A DNA stretch of 64,000 nucleotides, from contig CDRNVI010000090.1 in the NCBI GenBank assembly GCA_977017575.1, positions 1 through 64,000 of the forward strand. The letters are read 5' to 3'. Shown one piece after another: positions 20,683-31,091 of the stretch. The notes under the pieces are model-generated. The model saw only the letters and a program-made list of their open reading frames with translations. It did not search any database and was not told the origin of the DNA. Within the stretch, counting starts at the first letter, position 1. Each line of letters opens with the position of its first letter. A program made the translations under genes and the position numbers. The stretch is from Paramoeba atlantica (taxonomy: Eukaryota; Protista; Discosea).

Positions 20683-22071
20683 GGCCATTTTTACCCCACA
20701 TTGACATTTTAACCCCATAATGACATTTTTCCCCATTAATGACATGTTTACCCCTTAATGACATTTTCATCACCTAAGGAGTGTTTTGCAAAAAAAATTG
20801 CGAAAGCGCCTTCCAATGGTAATCGAGGATAGAGAGGTGGTTTTAAGAGAAAAATTGAGTCTAAACTTAATTTGCCTAAAATACTGGAGCCAGTGTCTCA
20901 TTTTTGTTCCCGGTGAGGCCCCGGAGTTGCGTGAAGGCCTCCATACCCCACAACTACCACCTTCTCCCCTTATTTAGCGGGGCTCGCGCGAGCGACCCCT
21001 GATCGGGAGACGACTTCACGCTACTCGAATAGAGTCTTTCCAAAGACCGTTTGCGCGTTCCACGTGGTTCGTATGTATTCCTTCTTGTGACTTGAATCCT
21101 TCCGTCTTGTGGTTCACCTTTAGATGCATACGAGACCTTGTTTTCACGCCATTATAAGCACGAAAACTGTCTGTTGTGACGGTACTGTGCGAGGAGGTCT
21201 TGTCGATCACAGGAATTACACTTGTTGCTTTCCGATTCGGAAGGGTGGAGATACAGAAGTCCGTAATTTTCTTGTTACCATCGATTTCCTCAATCCTGCA
21301 CACATTTTCACTCCATTGGACACCGCCACGTCTTGCACGATGTCCTCTTTCATACTTTCGCTTTGACACGGCGACTTCATCGGCCTGGACATCGCTCCAG
21401 TTTTCGGGAAGTGACATGCGCAGCCAAGCGACGAAGGCGATTCCATAATCCAAAGTTTGCGTGAGGCGTGTAATAGTCTTTGGGTCAGCACCTGCTTCTT
21501 CACATATCGCTTTGCGCGTGGTCCCTCGATGCATCGCAATCAAGGTGAAAATCAGTTCCTTAAACGGATGATTCAGATCCTTACGGATGATCGTTGACCT
21601 CGCCCAGATGGTATGTACAGGCCTTCGAAAGGAAGTCTTTTCCTACACCGAGAAGGGCATAGGAAGCACTTGCGTCCCCCTTCCTTCATTAAAGACATGG
21701 TATGATTTTTACATTTCGGGCAAAGTGGTGATACATACGTTAAACCGTGTCGACGGGCCCACTTGTTTATTATTGCATCTTTCACTTTTCCTAACTCCAT
21801 GACCTTTAGACCATTAACGCAATCAAACGTTTCGCATCCATCGCAATCAAAGTTCATTCAGTTTTATTGCTTAGTAAGCGAAAAATAATGATGGAAAAGT
21901 CTGTAGAACACTGTAGAACATATTACTACTGCAAACAAACATTTTACAATTTTGTTTTTTGGGGGAAAAAAGTCCCTTTTCACCTAGAAATATCATTAAG
22001 GGATAAAAATGTCATTAAGGGGTAAAAATGTCATTAAGGGGTTAAAATGTCATTTAGGGGTAAAGTTCCCC
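20683..22071 (-). mobile_element. Merlin (IS1595/ISXO2-like) DNA transposon, defective
   Basis: About 85-bp imperfect TIRs built of 19-bp units (TTAATGACATTTTTACCCC), GG termini. Flanking direct repeat GTATACTAT (20674-20682) / GTATACTAC (22072-22080). Internal transposase. Confidence 0.9.
21016..21857 (-). pseudogene. Merlin/ISXO2 transposase, frameshifted and prematurely stopped
   Basis: CPKC...C...C zinc finger, then after one frameshift VQADE...KRKYERG, TDSFRAY, VNH...GIHTNHVE. Confidence 0.88.
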
Positions 22072-22263
22072 GTATACTACTTATGAGATACTGCTTTTCG
22101 GAGGTACCTAAAATATCGCATTATGTTGTTTCGTTTTATTTCGAAATAAGATCAGTCTCAACAAGATGCTTATACACATTTATTGAAGCACGGAGTTGAA
22201 GTAGAGCACTACCTACCGACTGCTGAGCTTGCCACTAGTGCGCGAAGAAGGAAACTGCAGAGC

Positions 22264-23625
22264 ATGAGTTCGTCCAGCGCGAGCTCTTCAGACGTGAGTT
22301 GTTCGGCGAGTACAGCGAAATTTAGAAGAATCGGCGATTTTTTAATAGGAGCCCCGATTGGCACAGGCTCTTTCAGTGTTGTGTACAAATGTAGGTACAT
22401 TGGAGACCAAGATTCGTCGGGCTCGTATGCAATCAAAGTAGTAAGTAAAAATAGGTTACAACAGCTAGGTGCAAAGACAACATTTATGCGAGAAGTGGAG
22501 GTGCTCAAACGTATTCCCCGTTCTCGGCATTTGATACACCCAGTTATGATTCTGCAGTCCGCACGTAACTTCTACATTGTTATGGAATACGCTTCCAATG
22601 GCACATTACTTCGACGCAGCAAAGGTTCGCAGATACGTGTCGCTATTCTTCGACATTATGTGCGTCATCTTCTTCTTGGGTTGAACGCTTTACACGGAGA
22701 GAACATTGCTCATCGGGATATTAAGCTAGAGAACCTCTTGCTTGATAAACGAAATACTCTTAAAATTTCAGATTTCAGCTTTACTATTGACGTACTACAG
22801 CACTACGAAATTTCCGAAATTTGTGGATCACCCCACTATGTTGCTCCTGAGGTTTTGGAAGGAAAGCCTCCATGTGTTGCCTCTGATATCTGGAGCGCGG
22901 GTGTGTGTATCTATGCGCTAACTACAGGCACAATGCCATTTGTAGCAGAAGACACTGAAAGATTGTTTTCAAGGATTAAAAGTGGTGCTATCAAGTTTCC
23001 GTCTTCGCTTGAGTGTGATCTTGTTGACATGTTGAAATCAATGCTTCAAGTCAATCATGAGGCCCGCTGGAGCGCTCGAAGATTATTGTGTCATCCATGG
23101 TTAATGCGAGATGAGCAAAACACAGTTTCCGACTTGATATATTCCAGCAAGGTGTTGCATAATATGAATTACAACAGTATGTATTGTAAATTATATACTA
23201 CGAGAAGCCCCGAAAACAACGGCTTACTTCTCTCCTCCAAGGAGTTCCGGCGGAGTGCTTCCTTTATTGATCTCTCTTTGCATACCAATTCAACGTCTCA
23301 CCTCAATCATAGGACCTATAAGAAAAATCATGTGCTTCAGGGCGTGGTATACGGTGATCAGCATTCTCAACCCAAATCGGATGCTTGGATATATCTTCAT
23401 CAGATCAGAGCAGTTTTTTGGCATGCATCTCTAAAAAACAGATTCACCAAAAATGTTTTTCGCTTTGCGTCACTTTTTATTGTAGGTATGGCGCTTTGGA
23501 TAAACGCTTTACTGTACCTAAGCTTTGGGTTGCCTTGGAAACGACTGGTCATGGCTGTAATGCATAGAGTGCGAAAGAAAGAATCTAATAATAAAAGATC
23601 AATGAGCCAGAGCTGTATCTTCTAA
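22264..23625 (+). CDS. CAMK/AMPK-like Ser/Thr kinase with C-terminal hydrophobic helix
   Basis: IGTGSFSVV, AIK, HRDIKLEN, DFSF (DFG variant), CGSPHYVAPE, DIWSAG. Confidence 0.9.
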   Translation: MSSSSASSSDVSCSASTAKFRRIGDFLIGAPIGTGSFSVVYKCRYIGDQDSSGSYAIKVVSKNRLQQLGAKTTFMREVEVLKRIPRSRHLIHPVMILQSARNFYIVMEYASNGTLLRRSKGSQIRVAILRHYVRHLLLGLNALHGENIAHRDIKLENLLLDKRNTLKISDFSFTIDVLQHYEISEICGSPHYVAPEVLEGKPPCVASDIWSAGVCIYALTTGTMPFVAEDTERLFSRIKSGAIKFPSSLECDLVDMLKSMLQVNHEARWSARRLLCHPWLMRDEQNTVSDLIYSSKVLHNMNYNSMYCKLYTTRSPENNGLLLSSKEFRRSASFIDLSLHTNSTSHLNHRTYKKNHVLQGVVYGDQHSQPKSDAWIYLHQIRAVFWHASLKNRFTKNVFRFASLFIVGMALWINALLYLSFGLPWKRLVMAVMHRVRKKESNNKRSMSQSCIF

Positions 23626-23920
23626 AATACTCTTTGACAAGTAAATGCATACTATTGTTTCCTTATTTATTCGTGCTTCGAAATTTGTCGAACAGTCGAG
23701 AAACAATCTTTTTGCCGCATGTAAAAATATGAGGTGATGGGGATCGGGATTCAGTGCGGTCTTGACACTGTCTCAGTTGCCATAAACATTAGAGTCCCCA
23801 GAGCGATTCCAGAAAGGGATCTCCATACATGTTCTCGGAGCAAAAAGTCTTCTCCTTTTCGCAGGGACGTCCAGTGGGTTCCATTCAAGAAATGATTTCA
23901 AGTCTTGTGTACCTTTCACT

Positions 23921-24042
23921 GAAAAAATGGCGAAAAAGATCTTCACTAGGGGAACGAGATCTCTCGAATTCTACCAAAAAGAGCAAAAAATGATGAAAAA
24001 TCGACATTTGCTTCGCAGGGGGCACACTTGTGTCCATGGGTG
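23921..24042. mobile_element. Orphan right end related to the 34631-35377 MITE TIR
   Basis: Aligns by eye with 35256-35345 (GGCG..AAAG.TCTTC.CTAGGGGAA.GAGATCTCTC...GAGCAAAAA); ends GGGTG|TA. Confidence 0.6.
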
Positions 24043-24573
24043 TATGTTCACTTTCGGTACTACCAAGATCATAACATTCGGTACTGCCAAGATCATAACT
24101 TGCAATCCAGAAAAACTCTTCTTACATTTTGATTTCTTTCTTCATTTTCCTGTTTTTGCGATCAGGGTAGAGAAAGTAAACTGGATGTACATTTTATACA
24201 ATGTTTTGTATTTACCGGATGTAAGTCCATTGTATAAATTACTTCCTTCGCATCGTAAGTGACTTGAAAATATAAAAAAACGAATATTTCTACCGCACAT
24301 TAATATCCAGCAAGACCTTGGAGGGCCAAATGTAAGCCTCGATTTCGCGCTGCTTCGCGCGACACCACCCACACCCCTCATACGGAGTACCATTTAAGCA
24401 TGTAGCCAAATTTTAAGCAGTACGATAAATATGTAAATAGCCAACAGACAAGATTATTTCTTACTATACACTGTATGTTACTATATACTGTATGCTTTAG
24501 CGGGTTTACTGTCATAAAAGGTAAGTTATGTTTTTAATTTCAGAACTGTCGGTTAGCACACTTGCGTACGTTC

Positions 24574-25578
24574 ATGACCATTCAACATCCCTTAAAACGC
24601 TTTCTGTCGAGAACATCCTTGCCCGAGGATACGGAGGCGCTGTGCGAAAGCCCACCACATACAATGTCGTGCCTTAGAGAATCAGTATCAAGCTCAGACA
24701 TGAGCGAGCTGAACTCCACACTAGGCATTAAGAAACTTTGGAAGGAATATTCGGATGTGGATATTCTTGACAATGGGCACTTCGCCACTGTGTGGAAAGC
24801 TTATCACTTGCTGGAAGGCAAGGTATTCGCGATTAAGCAAATTCGAGCGACGATTCGTGGAAATTCCGAGTGTCTCAGACGGATGCAGGAAGTATATGCG
24901 TTGTCTGCGTGCCAAGGACATGCTCATATTCTTAGATATTATGAGAGTTGGCTTGAAGATGCGCAGCTTCATATTCGCACGGAGTACTGTGAAGAGGGGT
25001 CGGTAAAGAAACGCTACCCTTGCGGAGAATATAACTGGTCCGAACGAGAACTTTGGGATATTTTGTTTCAGGTAGCCCTTGCACTTCAATATCTTCATTC
25101 TAAGGGATATTGCCATCTCGACGTGAAAATGGATAATGTTTATGTCAGATATCTGTGCGGAAAACGTGTTTTTAAGCTTGGTGACTTCGGCCATGCGAGA
25201 TGCTTTGACGTGGAAGCATACGGGGAACGTGAGACTAACTGTCACTACCAGATGCCTTGCGATGAAGAGGGAGACAAGAGATATCTGTGTCCAACATTCC
25301 TTAGAGAAAACACACACTGGTGCGAGGCAGATATTTACGCCCTAGGGAGCAGTGTCTTTGAGTTGGCTCTTGGACATGAAAAGGATATTGATGAAGCTAT
25401 TTGTAATTCACTTCTGCAAGGTAAACTCCTAGGAATTCACCATCTTAGCGAAGGCCTTCGTATCTTTTTGGAATTAATGATCCATCCTAGCCCATCGGCA
25501 CGGCCGACAGCTTTTGATGTTGTTAAGATGGCTGCCTGTAGTGCACAATCTCATCTTTGTGTTTCATTAAAGAGATGA
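24574..25578 (+). CDS. WEE1: Wee1/Myt1-family protein kinase
   Basis: LDNGHFATV, FAIK, QEVYAL, HLDVKMDN, KLGDFGHA, EEGDKRYL. Confidence 0.85.
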   Translation: MTIQHPLKRFLSRTSLPEDTEALCESPPHTMSCLRESVSSSDMSELNSTLGIKKLWKEYSDVDILDNGHFATVWKAYHLLEGKVFAIKQIRATIRGNSECLRRMQEVYALSACQGHAHILRYYESWLEDAQLHIRTEYCEEGSVKKRYPCGEYNWSERELWDILFQVALALQYLHSKGYCHLDVKMDNVYVRYLCGKRVFKLGDFGHARCFDVEAYGERETNCHYQMPCDEEGDKRYLCPTFLRENTHWCEADIYALGSSVFELALGHEKDIDEAICNSLLQGKLLGIHHLSEGLRIFLELMIHPSPSARPTAFDVVKMAACSAQSHLCVSLKR

Positions 25579-25738
25579 ACCAATTTCGACTCAGAGCGGT
25601 CGAAGAAGTGTCGTGCAGGAAATTCTTGAAACTCTGGAATCGGCACTCTTCTCTAAGTGTAAACCCCGCTGAATAATGTCCACTGGTGGATAGGTATTTT
25701 AGCGAGAGGTATTTTATTGCAGTTAAGGTTTGTCTTTA

Positions 25739-26284
25739 CTCCCCCTCTCATTAATTTTTATAAATATAAATTATAACAAAAATGAAAATATATATTTATA
25801 TTTATAATTATAAAAATTAATGAGAGAGGGTAGGTGGAAGGAGGGTGATATACAACACTTTAGATGATAGGATGAACCAATTTGTTTCGCTGTAAGGATA
25901 GATTGCGGGTAAGCGAGGATAATTATGAGATGTTAACTATAAATATTTGCTTAAGCGCCCATAGAGTAATGAAGGGAGGGCTAATGTACAAAAGGCAGAT
26001 CTGTACTTTCTGGAGAAAATTCCTCCTGTCCCTTCGTCTCCACAAACGTGATTGTACGCTGATTTCTACGAATTTCTTCGTAATCAGCGATGCGCTGCGG
26101 GGAAAAATAAAAGCCAAGACCGTTGTCCGAAGTGCGGTCCAAACGTTTCGGGGATATAGAAATAATCTACTTTAGAAAAACATAAAAGGATATGACTCTG
26201 AAAAAAATTGTAAATTTTTGTAGAAACATAAATTTTTGCAAAAAAATACCAAAGGTCATTTATAAAAATTAATGAGAGGGAGAG
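25739..26284. mobile_element. Stowaway-like MITE (TA TSD) with an extra internal TIR copy
   Basis: TA|CTCCCCCTCTCATTAATTTTTATA ... TATAAAAATTAATGAGAGGGAGAG|TA; a second right-type TIR at 25809-25830. Confidence 0.7.
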
Positions 26285-26840
26285 TATATTGTTCATGTAT
26301 TTATGTACAGTACTGTACCTCGTTGGCTTGTATTTTATTCTGTACCTTGTTGACACCCCCCCATGTGCCCCTTCTCTCAGCCACGCTCCCCGCCGCTCTC
26401 CCCACACGCCGCGCGACCCGCCGCTCTCCCCGCCACGCTCACCACTGCGCTCCCCGCCGCACCACCCGCCGCGCTACCCGTAGCTCTACCCACCGCATTT
26501 TCCGAGTATGGAGCTACCCGGCGTCAGCACAACAAGACGTTAAGAAACTAGGGTAGTATCCATTATACATCAACGGTAAGGGCGTCCGACTCACGTCGGA
26601 TGATGGGGCTTAGCGACCCCAGCCTCCCGAGCTGGTTACGGATGTCAATAGTTCTAGGACTAATGGCAAGCGCGACTACACCGTCGCCACCTTCCTACCT
26701 CCCCCGTGTGGGGGCGCGAAGAGATTTGGTTGCCCCCCTACATGGGGATCGCTGGATAGTGTGTGGCCTAGCCTCACTGCGTCTCTTGCTCCCATCCTGA
26801 ACGAAGGTCAATCGCGGCGAGCTGCAATTGGCTATGCAAG

Positions 26841-26962
26841 CTGCTCCGAAAGGAGCGGTGACGGCTCGGAATATACCTGAGCTGTCAGCCACCTCATCTG
26901 GATGGTTGAGGGCCCACAGCCTTTCGAGGCCAAATGGGCGGCTGACCATGACCATGACCATG
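26841..26962 (+). other. Candidate structured RNA segment followed by a (GACCAT)3 tail
   Basis: Stems CTGCTCC-GAAA-GGAGCGG, GTCAGCC/GGCTGAC, CCTCA/TGAGG, GCCCA/TGGGC and GCCT-TTCG-AGGC. Confidence 0.4.
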
Positions 26963-27076
26963 TATTTATCGTAAAATGCAGATTCGTGTATTTGAATGAG
27001 AGAGAATGAAAACATAAGGGAAATACATACACTTGTTATTCTATATCCTTATTTTCGTAATACGTATTTGACATTA

Positions 27077-28123
27077 ATGAGAAGATCCTGTCTGGCGCTT
27101 GTATCCCTTAAAGTGGGTACGGGTGATAAGTGGGAAGTCCTGTATCAACGTCTCCGCAAAGGACACGTTCCCTCAGTATCTAAGTCTCGCTCCGAAATTA
27201 TGTGTAAATTCCAACCGGAGCTTCGTAAAACAGGTGTAACCGAGGGTGAGCTCCTGGACAAAGGCCCTCGCGAGCTAGCAAAGCTGCTGTTGCAGCTGCA
27301 CTACGAAAAGCTCTACGCCGTTCCGTTTCAGCTTATCACTTTTGATCTCGAATTCACGGATATTCCCCGATTTACACAAGAGGGACCCACGGCTAGCATC
27401 GTTGAATTTGGGGCATATCATCCCGAGTCAGGTAAGAAATTTCAGCGTTTTGTTTCGAATTCTCGAAGTCAGGAGATAAGTCAAAAATCAGTTGACCTCA
27501 CAGGCATTACAAAGAAAGACATCGCCAAGCAAGGAGTACCCTATCGCGCCGTATGGATTAGTTTCCTACGTTGGCTCACTCAATTACCTTTGCCCTTGTC
27601 TCTCGGTGCAAATGAACCTTATTTGCGTTTGGAGCAAACTTCATCGTCGGGGACTGAAAGCACAGAAAACAGCGAAGATACACTATTAGATGACAAGGAG
27701 ATCTCTCCCACCTCCGATGCCATCCCCTCACTTAATTCCTCCTTAAAATTCTTACTGCTCTCCCATGGGGGAAGGCTTGCAGATGTGAGTATGCTTAAAT
27801 GGGATTGCAAGCAGTGCGATCTCCCGGTCCCTCCAGAGATTACTTTTGGTGACACCTCTGGGTTAATTCGGGACCGTCACAGGCGTCGTCCCGTGACCAG
27901 CAACCATCTACCCCCGGCATGGGGTCTAATTGACTTAAAGCGTTGGCTGGGTTTACCCCTTGGAGGGACGAAGGCACACCGAGCACTAACGGATGCCATT
28001 ATGACGTGGGAAGTGCTGGACGAGACACTTCGCCGGTACGGCACAGAGCACTTGACTACGAAACAACAACTTGGGGAGGCGTTCTTTCGGTCTGCGGTGG
28101 ACAAGATTGCAATGGAAGTGTGA
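27077..28123 (+). CDS. DEDDh (DnaQ-like) 3'-5' exonuclease, possibly mitochondrial
   Basis: TFDLEFT, SHGGRLAD, FGDT, AHRALTDA. Confidence 0.88.
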   Translation: MRRSCLALVSLKVGTGDKWEVLYQRLRKGHVPSVSKSRSEIMCKFQPELRKTGVTEGELLDKGPRELAKLLLQLHYEKLYAVPFQLITFDLEFTDIPRFTQEGPTASIVEFGAYHPESGKKFQRFVSNSRSQEISQKSVDLTGITKKDIAKQGVPYRAVWISFLRWLTQLPLPLSLGANEPYLRLEQTSSSGTESTENSEDTLLDDKEISPTSDAIPSLNSSLKFLLLSHGGRLADVSMLKWDCKQCDLPVPPEITFGDTSGLIRDRHRRRPVTSNHLPPAWGLIDLKRWLGLPLGGTKAHRALTDAIMTWEVLDETLRRYGTEHLTTKQQLGEAFFRSAVDKIAMEV

Positions 28124-28659
28124 CCTCCGTGAGGCACGCAGAACAGAAAGTTTTTTCTGTAATCTGCTTTCCCATAACATATTGCCTGAATCACATTATT
28201 AGTGTTAGACGCAGGTAAGCAAACAGGTTTTTTGACCTATGAACTTGTACACATGGCAAACGTATTCATTTTTCCGCATAATATTTGACATAAAATTATG
28301 GTTCATTGTTATGCCATATTGTTAACCAACAGAATTTTCCTTTGACACAGGTACATGGCTTGCATAGATGTCACTTTCTGACAGGTACAAGGTCGTTTCG
28401 TTCACGTGGTAACGATGCGCCGTTATGAGGAAAAAAGATGTAGTATCAAGCGAGTCAGAAAACAGAGTACAACGTCGTTACAGACGCCAAGGAAAAAAAG
28501 AAAAGAAAGATAAACGTCCGAGCACGAATGTTCAGACGACGACTTCAGCTCGTCAACCGATTATTAAAGTAATTTTACGTGCCACACGTGCCAGCGAAGA
28601 AAGCAATTTTTCACCGTCGCAAAGTGGAATCCCGTTTCCTACTTTAGAAGAATGAACTG

Positions 28660-29295
28660 GTGTATCAACTCTGTTGTGCGTTGCTGCACGCGTTTCATTG
28701 GGATCTTCACTCTTCCGACCCGATATATGGAATACCCCAGGGGGCTGTGTGTGCCCCGACAACCATTGCAGAGAAATCCAGCCGTCACGGATCCCACGCT
28801 TGTGACGCTGCTGTTCTTATTCTAGATGGGGGACGTTTTTGTGTCGTCTTCCTGGACTGTCTTCCATCAGACTCAGCGACTGTGGCACATGCAGTGGACA
28901 CTAGAGTTCTACAGGAATATGCGGACACAAAGAAGAATGAAATGAACAAGTCTCATGGAGTTTCCCACGTAACGTATTGTATTCCTCATCAAGAGCAATT
29001 CGTTCATGTTAGTGGCACGGCCTGGGCACTGGCGTTGCTGCACGTGTGCCCTCTGTCGCTCCATGTGGCAAGGCGAGAAATGCTATCCTCCATAGAGGGA
29101 TTTTTGTACCTTCAACAACACGCCCATGTTACGGAAGAGTTGTACCCGCTTGTGCGTTCAGAACTTATGCCTTCTACCTACGCAAGGCAACGAAAAACTT
29201 TATTTGTTATTACGGAGACTCGGCAAAATAGGAGTCTGCCACACGATGTACTGATGTGCAATTTAAACACTTCGAAACAGACGACTTTGAAGTAG
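28660..29295 (+). pseudogene. Possible degenerate Ulp1/C48-peptidase-like remnant
   Basis: GSH...AVLIL...VVFLDCL and IPHQEQ...SG.AWAL echo Ulp1 motif order; catalytic Cys absent; neighbouring frames are broken. Confidence 0.25.
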
Positions 29296-29583
29296 ACACT
29301 TCTAACATTAATTTAAATGAGGTATTCGAGTCCCATAAATCAATTTCACGATCCTTTTCGTCCATTATATCTGATATACTGCACAATATGAAAATGGTAA
29401 CTGTAGACGGTGCAGAAAAAATATTCGTTGAAGTTTCAGAAAGCGTTCGACGCTCGCTGCGATCTAAAAAGTGGTAGTGAAAATGCTTAAGTACAGATTT
29501 CTTATTGTCATTTTACGGTACATTTTTTACCTCCTTTAGTTTTGCCTTGCACAGAGGGGGGGCGCACCGTCAAAACGACAATA

Positions 29584-30660
29584 CCGTTCCCCCCCCTTAC
29601 TTCGCCTCCCCTCTTACTTCACCATATTTAGTCACTGGACGTGTGGTGAAGTAAGGGGGGTGTCAGATTTTTCCCCAGACAGCTTACCACCTCTTTACAC
29701 AGCCGGAGGGGTGCACTGCAACCGACTGTTGCATCGGGGTAAGGCGAGGCAGAGCCAAGCCCAGTGGTCTTCAAAGGGGGCGACACTGATGGCGCACAAA
29801 GATCGATGCACAAAGGTTCTTGGTGCAAATTTCTTGGTGAAGACGACGCCGTCATACCGGAATTTTAAAACACAGTCCGGTTTAACGTTCCGAGGAGGAA
29901 ATTTAACGGCTACAGGAATGCTACTTAGCTGCAGGAATGATAACTTTTGAAGATTGTCTTGGGTTCGTCGACGCAACGGGTTGGTAGCAGAACGTTGTTG
30001 CCGCCTTGTACTAACGAAAACAGGTAGAGGACTTCGGCATCGAAACTTCAAAATTTATCTGTGAAGGGTCTGTCCTGCCAGTGACCGATCGGAGGATGTC
30101 CGAAATGACTTAGATTCGTTGAACGATTTCTAATTCAGAACGGTTTTCTTCCATGTGAGTTTCATCATCGCTTTGATCATAAAGTTGCGCCACAACGTCT
30201 TGTAGTTCTAAAATTTAAATTGGTGTTCAATAGGTTATGTTCTGCGACATCATTTGCGGGGCTGCGGGTGAGACCCAATATGAGATCACGCGAGATCACG
30301 TGAAATCATGCGAGATCACGTGAGATCACGCGAGATCATACCCGCAGCCCCTCATTTAAATTTTACGATGTAAGAAAATTTCATGGGGGGAAAGTTAAAA
30401 ACGCATGGGACATCGTAGACAAGTTAAAAGAAACATAAAATATAGAATGCAACACGAGGGATTACAGCACTCAAGAAAAGGAAATTATGCTCAATGTCGA
30501 TAGCATAGTGTACTTCAATAATTTGAGGATTTCCGAGAGAACTATAAATTGATCGAACTTTGAATCACTTATTCACCCCCTTACTTCACCACCCCCCTTA
30601 CTTCACCACAAAGTACGGGTTTTGGACCAAAAAGTGGGGGCTAAGTAAAGGGGGTAACGG
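29584..30660. mobile_element. Non-autonomous Tc1/mariner-like element (TA TSD)
   Basis: TA|CCGTTCCCCCCCCTTACTT ... AAGTAAAGGGGGTAACGG|TA; subterminal CCCCCTTACTTCACCA repeats at both ends. Confidence 0.75.
30258..30351. repeat. 94-bp micro-element: 12-bp TIRs enclosing GAGATCACG(C/T) decamers
   Basis: GGGGCTGCGGGT ... ACCCGCAGCCCC; about 6 decamer units; TCATTT present on both flanks. Confidence 0.7.
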
Positions 30661-31091
30661 TATTTTGCCATATTCTTCCAATCACAACAGATTTGTGTCC
30701 GCGTGATTGCTCTCCCTCGTTATTTAGCGCCTTGCTATGACACCGGATGAGTTAATGATCCAATAAATCAGTGTTATGTGCATCCGCGAAGCGTAGACAA
30801 AAATTCCACGTACGTACGTATGTCATGTAATCAGCATTTGGGGAACAACAGTCGGCGAATCCTCGTCCAGGCGTTGGAGTTACAATCTGTAACCATCATT
30901 CTGAGTAAAACAATCTGTAAGATACAGTGAAAGTTAGAAAATGTCTCAATGTTATGAAACAGTATTTTTTTGAGTGATTATCTTTGAACTGAAAGACAAG
31001 TACTGTAGTTATCATATGGGGGTTATGTAGTCATTATTTCTTGATTAGTAAACGGTAAAATTTCTTGATTAGTAAACTGTTTAAACCTTGT

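Noticed and set aside
21630-21650. IS1-style programmed -1 frameshift in the Merlin transposase
   Set aside because: The heptamer GGAAAAG is not an X XXY YYZ slippery site and the copy has other disabling stops; a simple indel is more likely.
24053-24099. 24-bp tandem duplication (TTCGGTACT.CCAAGATCATAAC x2); similar 18-bp doublet near 41945-41995
   Set aside because: Two-copy local duplications in intergenic DNA with no further structure.
26880-26946. Hammerhead ribozyme on the minus strand (CGAAA ... CAGATGAG)
   Set aside because: The core has a mismatch (CAGATGA), and stems II and III cannot be formed with the required A15.1-U16.1 and G10.1-C11.1 context.
29695-30051. 118-aa ORF inside the 29584-30660 element as a transposase
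   Set aside because: No DDE/D or HTH motif recognised in this or neighbouring frames.
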